Of a DNA stretch of 17,647 nt, positions 11,353 through 17,647 are shown piece by piece (positions within the stretch are counted from its first letter, which is position 1; the number at the start of each line of letters is the position of its first letter). Origin of the DNA: Candidatus Bathyarchaeia archaeon (lineage in GTDB: Archaea > Thermoproteota > Bathyarchaeia > Bathyarchaeales > Bathycorpusculaceae); NCBI GenBank assembly GCA_049970895.1, contig JBMFMB010000021.1, positions 1 to 17,647 of the forward strand. The letters run 5' to 3'. Under the pieces are notes generated by a model. It was not told where the DNA came from. It did not search any database and saw nothing but the letters and a program-made list of their open reading frames with translations. The position numbers and the translations under genes were made by a program.

Positions 11353-11455
11353 GGGTCCGTGGCGCAGCTTGGACAAGATGGCTAAGACTTGATCCAAAAA
11401 GCGCGTCGGCCTTCTAAGCCGGAGATCCCGGGTTCAAATCCCGGCGGACCCGCCA
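11353..11455 (+). tRNA. tRNA-Arg(UCU) with a 25-nt intron in the D-loop (about 11375-11399) and encoded CCA
   Basis: Acceptor stem GGGTCCG/CGGACCC, D stem GCGC/GCGC, anticodon stem TCGGC/GCCGG with loop CTTCTAA (TCT 11413-11415), T arm CCGGG-TTCAAAT-CCCGG, discriminator G and CCA. Removing 25 nt gives a normal 78-nt tRNA. Confidence 0.93.
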
Positions 11456-11518
11456 TTTTATGGAAACCTTATTTAAAGTGCTTATGACACCTAAATCTTG
11501 TATGTGGAGGCGAGTGTT

Positions 11519-13909
11519 GTGAAGGTTATGTTTTGGTTGTTGGATGTGAATTATGAGGTTAAGGATCATGAGCCTGAGGTTTGGCTTTGGGGTGTGGATG
11601 CTTCTGGTGGCAGAGTTTTGGTTATTGATAGGGGTTTTCTTTCCTATTTTTATGCCGTTGTTGAGGAGGGTTTTGACCCTGCAAAGGTGGCTGAGGAAAT
11701 CAAGTCTAGAAGGGTGGAGTTTCCACTCGTTGTTAATGTTGAGGTTGTTGATAGGAAGTTTTTTGGCAAGCCTGTTAAGGCCTTGAAGGTTTATTGTCGC
11801 GACCCTGATGTCATGGCGAAATATGCTAGGGCTTTTAAGAAAATTGATGGCGTAAAAGAGTGTTTTGAGGATGATATTAGGTATTCCATGCGTTATTTGA
11901 TTGATAATGGTGTTGTTCCTTGTGGTTGGCATGAGGTTGAGGTTGCCGAAGAGTTGAAGAATGCTGATTTGCAGGTGGACCACGTTTATGTGGCTGCTTC
12001 TCCTCCAAAGTTTGTTGAAAGGGCAGAAGTTCCAAATTTGAGGGTTTTGGGTTTCTCAACAATCTGTTATAGTCGTGAAGGAGCACCAAAGCCTGACAGA
12101 AACCCCGTTGTGATCATTTCGGTGGCGACCAATAGCGGTGAGGAAAGACAGTTTGTTGCTGGTGAAGATAGGAACGACAAGCCTGTTCTTGAAGCGTTTA
12201 TAGATTATGTGCAAAGTTTTGATCCCGACATTATTGTTGGTTATGGGGTTAATAGGCAGGATTGGGCTTACCTTAACGAGCGTTGCAAGAGGCTTGGCTT
12301 ACGCCTATCAATTGATAGAGCTAAAACTGAGCCTCACACAAGTGTTTATGGGCATGTCTCGATCACCGGGAGGGCGAACGTTGACATTTTCGATTTTGCA
12401 GACGAGTTTCCAGACGTGAAGGTTAAGACTTTGGAGAATTTGGCAGACTACTTGGGGGTTATGAAGCTTGAAAAACGCGTTTTAATTGAGGATGTGGACT
12501 TCGCCGACTATTGGGATGACAAGGCGAAGCGTGAAACTTTGAAAAGGTTTTCTATGGGGAACGCCCGCTGCATTATGGGCATAGCCAACGCCATCTTAGA
12601 CTTTGCCATGCAGCTTTCAAGCCTTGTGGGTTTACCCCTCGACCATGTTGGAACCGCCGCTGTAGGCTTCAGGGTTGAGTGGTTCCTAATTAAACATGCA
12701 TATAAAATTGGCGAGCTTGTGCCGAAAAGGGTTGAGCAACCTTACAGACCCTATGCTGGAGCTATCGTGCTGAGCCCCAAGCCCGGCTTACACGAGAATA
12801 TTGCCGTTTTAGACTTTGCTTCTATGTACCCAAACCTCATGATAACCTACAACCTTTCACCGGACACTTACGTGGCTCCTAAAGAACCAGTTCCACCCTG
12901 CGGGGTTTATGAAGCGCCAGAAGTTAAGCATAGGTTTAGGAGGGAGCCTCCAGGGTTTTACAAGGAGATTTTGTCACATCTCATAAGTGTCAGAAATGAG
13001 GTTCGCTCAAAGATGAAAAAGTGTCCTCCAGACAGCGTTGAATACCGCGTTTTGGACGCAAGACAGAAGGCTATTAAGGTTATTACGAACGCCTCTTATG
13101 GTTATGCTGGCTGGATTGGTGCAAGATGGTACATTAAGCCCGTTGCCGAGGCTGCAACCGCTTGGGGCAGACACACAATTTTGACGGCTATTAAGATGGC
13201 TGAGGAGGAGGGCTTAACGGTTGTTTATGGCGACACAGACAGCATCTTCATAAAGTACGAGCCAGAAAAGGTTGAGCGTCTTATCGTAAAGATTTATGAG
13301 AAGCTTGATTTGGAAATTAAGCCGGACAAGGTTTACACCCGAATATTTTTCACAGAAGCAAAGAAGCGTTATGCAGGGCTTCTTCCCGATGGGCGGTTGG
13401 ATATTGTTGGTTTGGAGGTAATCCGTGGGGACTGGGCAACAGTAGCCAAAAATGTCCAAGAAAAGGTTTTGGAAATAATTTTGAAGGAGCAGTCTCCTCA
13501 GAAGGCTGCGAGGTTCGTTCAACAGTTTATTTACGAGCTTAGGCAGAGGCGTGTTCCATATCGCGATTTAATAATTTGGAAGACTTTAACGAAGCCTGTT
13601 GAAGAATACGCTGTTAAGACACCTCATGTTGAGGCTGCTAGGATGCTTATAGAGAAGGGTTGGAAGCTTGCCATGGGCGACAAGGTTGGCTACGTTATAA
13701 TTGCTGGGACTGGACGCCTATACGAGAGGGTTAAGCCCTACATGTTCGCCTCTTACGACGAGGTGGACATAGAATATTATGTGACTAATCAAGTTGCGCC
13801 TGCAGCCGCCAGAGTTCTCGAATGTTTCGGTATAACTGAAGAGCAGTTGTTGGCGGGTAAAGCCAGCGACAAGGAGAGGGAAACTAGGAGGCTTACAGAC
13901 TTTTTCTAG
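11519..13909 (+). CDS. polB: Family B DNA polymerase (archaeal PolB3-like) with degenerate 3'-5' exonuclease motifs
   Basis: DFASMYP, KVITNASYGY, YGDTDS, KKRYAG and a C-terminal PIP-like TRRLTDFF. The start is placed at GTG 11519 because GGAGG at 11506-11510 precedes it and TTTAAA lies at about 11472-11477. The ORF track uses TTG 11498. Confidence 0.93.
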   Translation: MKVMFWLLDVNYEVKDHEPEVWLWGVDASGGRVLVIDRGFLSYFYAVVEEGFDPAKVAEEIKSRRVEFPLVVNVEVVDRKFFGKPVKALKVYCRDPDVMAKYARAFKKIDGVKECFEDDIRYSMRYLIDNGVVPCGWHEVEVAEELKNADLQVDHVYVAASPPKFVERAEVPNLRVLGFSTICYSREGAPKPDRNPVVIISVATNSGEERQFVAGEDRNDKPVLEAFIDYVQSFDPDIIVGYGVNRQDWAYLNERCKRLGLRLSIDRAKTEPHTSVYGHVSITGRANVDIFDFADEFPDVKVKTLENLADYLGVMKLEKRVLIEDVDFADYWDDKAKRETLKRFSMGNARCIMGIANAILDFAMQLSSLVGLPLDHVGTAAVGFRVEWFLIKHAYKIGELVPKRVEQPYRPYAGAIVLSPKPGLHENIAVLDFASMYPNLMITYNLSPDTYVAPKEPVPPCGVYEAPEVKHRFRREPPGFYKEILSHLISVRNEVRSKMKKCPPDSVEYRVLDARQKAIKVITNASYGYAGWIGARWYIKPVAEAATAWGRHTILTAIKMAEEEGLTVVYGDTDSIFIKYEPEKVERLIVKIYEKLDLEIKPDKVYTRIFFTEAKKRYAGLLPDGRLDIVGLEVIRGDWATVAKNVQEKVLEIILKEQSPQKAARFVQQFIYELRQRRVPYRDLIIWKTLTKPVEEYAVKTPHVEAARMLIEKGWKLAMGDKVGYVIIAGTGRLYERVKPYMFASYDEVDIEYYVTNQVAPAAARVLECFGITEEQLLAGKASDKERETRRLTDFF

Positions 13910-15072
13910 ATTGGCTGTTCGAATATTTCCGAGAAGGTTGTAAGCTGCACGTTTAGTGGTGGTTTTACAGCTTCGGAGATGCGCGATGCAATGACGTGTT
14001 TTATGTTTTTCTCGCTGGCTATGTCCACTATTCGCTGGGTTATTATGCCATCAAAGACAACGGTGTTTACACCGCTGACTTGCTGGAGTTTTTCGGCTAG
14101 CTGGCTTACTGGAAGCCTCTCTATTGGCTCGAGTTTTTCGTTTAGGAGAACCGCCTCAAAAGTGCCGTCCAGTTCTTTTGCCATTTGAACGATTTCTTTT
14201 GGAAGTTCCACTCGGCGTTTTTCCCGTTTTGGCAGTTTGAAAAGCTCCTCAACCGGGACTTTTGCCCCCAAAGCCTCGAAGATTTCCTTGCAGTTTAGCT
14301 CCTCAACCTCTTTTCCCCGTGGGGCTCTAGCCACATACTTCACGTTAGTCACTTGTAAAAGTTCTTTTAGGATCAGGTCTCCTCCGCGGTCTCCGTCAAG
14401 GAAGGCTGTTGCCTCCTTTTCTCTGCAAAGCCTCTTTATTGTCTCTGGAACCTTCGCGCCTTCAAGAGCTATGACATTATGGATTCCACAACGCAGCAAG
14501 TTTATGACGTCAGCTCTTCCCTCAACGAGAATTATTTCCTTTGCGCTGTCAATTTCTGGACCTGCAGAAAGCTCTTCTGGACCGTATTTTTCAACCTTTG
14601 CCACTTTTAGGGTTTCAGCCAGCTCCTTGAAAACCTCGTCCACTGTTGGCATGGACTCGATGGTCCATTTGTGAAGGATTTCCTTGGCCCTTTCAATTAT
14701 TGCCTTTCTGCGGGTTTCTCTAACATCCTCAATTTTTTCTAAGGTTACTTTTGCCGCACATGGCCCAACACGGTTTATGCTTTCTATGCTGGCTGCCAAG
14801 AGGGCTGTTGATACGCGGTCGAGGCTTGTTGGGATGGTGATGGTTCCCGTGGTTCTGTCGTTTTTTGAGTGAAGTTCAATTTCTATTCTGCCTATTCTCC
14901 CTGATTTTTGGAGTTCTCTTAGGTCTAGTTCTGGTCCAAAGAGGCCTTCTGTTTGTCCGAAAACTGCTCCTATTACGTCTGGTTTTTCAACTACTCCTTC
15001 TATTTCGAATTTTGCGCGTATGACATACTTTACTGTAAGGGTTTGTGATGAACCCGTAAGCGTCACCTCCAT
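13906..15072 (-). CDS. dnaG: Archaeal DnaG-like primase / exosome-associated DnaG
   Basis: GVVEKPDVIGAVFGQTEGL, LDLRELQKSGRIGRI, TOPRIM LVEGRADV and FLDGDRGG, FDGIITQR. The true start is uncertain (see findings). The stop overlaps the polB stop in CTAG 13906-13909. Confidence 0.95.
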   Translation of the reverse strand: MEVTLTGSSQTLTVKYVIRAKFEIEGVVEKPDVIGAVFGQTEGLFGPELDLRELQKSGRIGRIEIELHSKNDRTTGTITIPTSLDRVSTALLAASIESINRVGPCAAKVTLEKIEDVRETRRKAIIERAKEILHKWTIESMPTVDEVFKELAETLKVAKVEKYGPEELSAGPEIDSAKEIILVEGRADVINLLRCGIHNVIALEGAKVPETIKRLCREKEATAFLDGDRGGDLILKELLQVTNVKYVARAPRGKEVEELNCKEIFEALGAKVPVEELFKLPKREKRRVELPKEIVQMAKELDGTFEAVLLNEKLEPIERLPVSQLAEKLQQVSGVNTVVFDGIITQRIVDIASEKNIKHVIASRISEAVKPPLNVQLTTFSEIFEQPI

Positions 15073-15161
15073 TCATGATTTATGCCTTATTATCCTAATT
15101 ATTGTGATGAGAGAACTTTGCCTCTCAACACGATTAATAAGATTTTTGATATATATTACCT

Positions 15162-15578
15162 TTATGAATCTCCACTCTTGCTTTTTAATGTTTTCATGTA
15201 TTTTGCTAAGCCTTCCACGTCTTTTACTTCTCTTCCCACTAGGCTGTGAAGCCTTAACCAATAATGCATGTTCGCCTTTATGCCAGCCTTTTCTATGTGA
15301 CGTCTTAGCTTTTCTGTTAGTTCTCGTCCTCTCCTATCAAAGTCTAAGAGCATTATGACTTCGCCGATTTTTGCGCCTTCTATTTCTGAGATTACGTTTA
15401 GGAGGCTTTTTCCGCCTTTTTTGGCAAATATTATTTGTGCGTTTATGCCAAGTTCTTTTAGGGTTTCAGCATCCTTTTGTCCTTCAACGATTATGGGTTT
15501 GCCGCTTCTGTTTTCTTCGGTTAGCTGCTCTAAAAGTTGTAGGATTTGTTCTTCCTTCTCTTTTAGTCGTGTGGACAA
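15162..15578 (-). CDS. Small stand-alone TOPRIM-domain protein
   Basis: IIVEGQKD and LLDFDRRG TOPRIM motifs plus VKDVEGL; starts 6 nt after the tyrS stop. Confidence 0.88.
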   Translation of the reverse strand: MSTRLKEKEEQILQLLEQLTEENRSGKPIIVEGQKDAETLKELGINAQIIFAKKGGKSLLNVISEIEGAKIGEVIMLLDFDRRGRELTEKLRRHIEKAGIKANMHYWLRLHSLVGREVKDVEGLAKYMKTLKSKSGDS

Positions 15579-15584
15579 GCCCTT

Positions 15585-16661
15585 TTACCTTGTTACTTCT
15601 GCCTTTTTCACAACTTCTAGGCTTTCTCTGGCTTCCTTGTCTGCTTCAAAATACCGCCTTATGGGTTCAAGCATTTTGGCTAGTTCTTTTGCGACAGCAT
15701 TTTTCAAGTCTTGTGGGTGGAGTTGCCCTTTTCTGTAGGCTTTTTCCAACTCCTCATAGTTTTCGAAGGTTATTGTTCCGCCGTATTTGGATGGGCGTTC
15801 TATGGTGAAGGCTTTTGTTTCGTGGAATATTACGTATTTGACTATCTCTAGGACTGGGTTCATTTCCGTCTGCTTTTCGGGACACCACGCTCTTTTCAGC
15901 TTAGCCCTTATTTGCTCTTCGTTGTCGTGGATGAATATGGCTGTCCAAGGTTTCGACTTGCTCATCTTGCTGGCAATTACTTGTTCCAGCTTGTCCTTTG
16001 TTTCTAGTTTTGCTGGTTCCGCAATGCCCATGAGCAAGTGGTGGTGCAAAGCCACCGGTTTTTTCCATCCCATTTTTGGAAAGATTTCACGTGCCAGAAC
16101 GTGTGCCTTGCGTTGGTCCATTCCGCCGTGGGGTATGTCGGCGCCTATGGTTTTTATGTCTACGGCTTGCATTGGTGGATAGAAGTACTGTGATAAGTCC
16201 AGTTTTTCGGTTTCGCTTCTCCCCATTATTGTGAGGCAGCGAAGCGTTCGGCTTAAAGTCATGTGCTTAGCAAATTTTAGCAAGTTTCGCCAGTACTCAT
16301 CATTGTTGTGGTAAAGCTCTGAGCCTACAACAATTTTTACGCCTGGACAGAAGAATTGGAAGGCTTTTGCATAGTATTTCGTGGCTTGGAGGATTTTATC
16401 CCAGTCTCCGCCGAACTTGTTGTTTATGAAGCTGTGCCAATCAGCCAAATAAACTTGGCAGCGGACGCCAGCCTTCAATAAATCGTTTATCTTAAAGCCT
16501 GAAATCACCAAGTTTCCAAGATGCAGCAAGCCTGAAATCTCAAAGCCTATGTAGTGTCCGGGGTGCGGGTTTGTTTCTAGAAGCTCCCTTAACTCGTTTT
16601 CGACAAGAATCTCTTCGGTTGGCGTTCTTTTAATTAGGTCGATTTTTGTTTCTATGTCCAA
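15585..16661 (-). CDS. tyrS: Tyrosine--tRNA ligase (archaeal type)
   Basis: YIGFEISGLLHLGN, LADWH, YPPMQAVD, GGMDQRKAH, KMSKS, LHPQDLK; TTG start. Confidence 0.96.
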   Translation of the reverse strand: MDIETKIDLIKRTPTEEILVENELRELLETNPHPGHYIGFEISGLLHLGNLVISGFKINDLLKAGVRCQVYLADWHSFINNKFGGDWDKILQATKYYAKAFQFFCPGVKIVVGSELYHNNDEYWRNLLKFAKHMTLSRTLRCLTIMGRSETEKLDLSQYFYPPMQAVDIKTIGADIPHGGMDQRKAHVLAREIFPKMGWKKPVALHHHLLMGIAEPAKLETKDKLEQVIASKMSKSKPWTAIFIHDNEEQIRAKLKRAWCPEKQTEMNPVLEIVKYVIFHETKAFTIERPSKYGGTITFENYEELEKAYRKGQLHPQDLKNAVAKELAKMLEPIRRYFEADKEARESLEVVKKAEVTR

Positions 16662-16707
16662 GGCTTGTCAAGCCTTCTACATTTAAGCCAAACATAAACT
16701 TAAAAGT

Positions 16708-16963
16708 TGTTTCGCGGGCGCTTATTGTCCCCCACGTTACCTATCACTTAACTTCATCGTGGAGCGTACGCTCCCCTTGGTTAAGCTCTCTCCGGCGTGG
16801 GAGTTTTTGGGCGCCCGCGCCCGCCGGTGTCCCACGCTTGGGTAAACCCGCCTTCACAGCAACAAGCATTGTGGAACGCTGGCTGCTCTGTTGGGTCCGT
16901 CGGCATGGATTTATCCCGGCGGGATTCAGGAAGGCTCGCGTATCGGGATAGGGGTTCATCGCC
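16708..16963 (-). ncRNA. Unidentified structured ncRNA candidate (about 255 nt)
   Basis: About 60% GC by manual count against AT-rich flanks, many self-complementary segments, and a BRE/TATA-like CAGCAAC-ATTTAAT (TATA at 16996-16990) 27 nt upstream of GGCGATGA on the minus strand. The strand is tentative. Confidence 0.55.
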
Positions 16964-17211
16964 AATTCTAGTCTAAAATCCTTTTACGAATTAAATGTTG
17001 CTGTTCCTAAACGGGCAAAAGAGCGTAGGTCATATTTGGCTTGTCGAACAGCCAAAAAAACACTACCCCTCTATAGTTTTCGGAAAACTCCAGAAAATAG
17101 CGCCTTTTTTAGCCTTATTTTCTCCACCCCTCCCCTCTCTAGAATTTCCAACAATTTTTGACTTTGCGAAAAAGCCAATAGCCGCCTAGCCCCTCTAGGT
17201 TTTTGCTAGAT

Positions 17212-17247
17212 GTCAATTTTGCAGTCTGCCATAACAACAAAATTGAC
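17212..17247. repeat. Perfect 10-bp inverted repeat with 16-nt spacer
   Basis: GTCAATTTTG (17212-17221) and CAAAATTGAC (17238-17247). Confidence 0.6.
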
Positions 17248-17316
17248 TAGTCCTTCTAGATATTAACAGAAGGTTTTTGTGCGTGGGTGTTGTCAGTTGT
17301 TAGGAAGGATAAGAGT

Positions 17317-17430
17317 ATGAGTAAGGAGCAGGATTCTCGTAGAAAAGCCAAAGAGAGTGCTCGCCGCAGCAAGGCGAGGGGATATCAGACCAGAAGAACC
17401 CGTGGTGGAAAGAAGCAGAAGAGAAGGTAA
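17317..17430 (+). CDS. Small very basic hypothetical protein (37 aa)
   Basis: MSKEQDSRRKAKESARRSKARGYQTRRTRGGKKQKRR*; AGGAAGG lies 8 nt upstream of the ATG. An in-frame TTG at 17290 is an alternative start. Confidence 0.55.
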   Translation: MSKEQDSRRKAKESARRSKARGYQTRRTRGGKKQKRR

Positions 17431-17507
17431 AATTTTCTTGAAAAAAACTGGCGGGCATTACAAAAGTTGCCTCTAAAATAATTCAGATTAAATATTTTAA
17501 GAGGAAA

Positions 17508-17647
17508 ATGCCTATATTTGGTTCTGCTGACGTCACAAATTTCTGTAATTTGAAATGTAAGCATTGTTATTGGTGGCTTAACAGAACATTGCACAAAGAG
17601 TTAAGTGTTGATGAATGGCGAGATGTTGTAAGGAGGAAATTCATAGA
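17508..17647 (+). CDS. Radical SAM protein, N-terminal part (runs off the window)
   Basis: MPIFGSADVTNFCNLKCKHCYWWLNRTLHKELSVDEW with a CxxxCxxC motif. The frame is open upstream to 17442, so the true start may be TTG 17438 across a frameshift. Confidence 0.85.
   Translation, partial: MPIFGSADVTNFCNLKCKHCYWWLNRTLHKELSVDEWRDVVRRKFI

Noticed and set aside
11430-11500. tRNA 3' end as an integration site
   Set aside because: No integrase, no repeated tRNA 3' fragment and no foreign gene block in the window; polB follows directly.
16844-16929. RNase P P4-like pairing on the minus strand (GAAUCCCGCC with GAAGGCGGGUUUA)
   Set aside because: The conserved GAGGAA and ACAGAA contexts and the bulged U in the usual register are absent, and the two strands are only about 65 nt apart. 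This is insufficient to call RNase P RNA.
16708-16963. SRP (7S) RNA or T-box riboswitch upstream of tyrS
   Set aside because: There is no CAGG-stem-GNRA-stem-AGCAG helix 8 (only GAGCAGCC is present) and no UGGNACC T-box bulge or recognisable specifier stem.
16646-16965. ORFs 16646-16951 (+) and 16744-16965 (-)
   Set aside because: No recognisable motifs; best explained as by-products of the GC-rich structured segment.
17066-17204. Degenerate CRISPR array suggested by ~60-bp periodicity
   Set aside because: The shared core is only 7-11 bp, far shorter than CRISPR repeats, and no cas genes are visible.

Overview
Archaeal core-genome window, probably TACK/Bathyarchaeia-like (an inference from gene content, archaeal-type LeuRS/TyrRS/DnaG and BRE-TATA promoters). 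The left half (1-8240) is a redox cluster: NfnB/SudA (partial), NfnA/SudB, a tandem ferredoxin-MvhD protein, thioredoxin reductase, an unannotated 49-aa zinc-finger ORF, an HdrD/GlpC-like CCG protein, and a divergent HdrA fused to an MvhD-like domain that has lost all its cysteines. The right half is informational: leuS, tRNA-Arg(UCU) with a D-loop intron, a family-B DNA polymerase with intact polymerase motifs but substituted proofreading motifs, dnaG, a small TOPRIM protein and tyrS. These are followed by an unidentified ~255-nt GC-rich structured element with its own promoter-like signal, a 37-aa very basic ORF and the start of a radical SAM gene. The main leads are the unidentified RNA-like element, the apparently proofreading-deficient PolB, and the Hdr/pseudo-MvhD/Nfn module, two genes of which share an upstream 21-bp motif. 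All calls come from reading motifs by eye; no searches were run.
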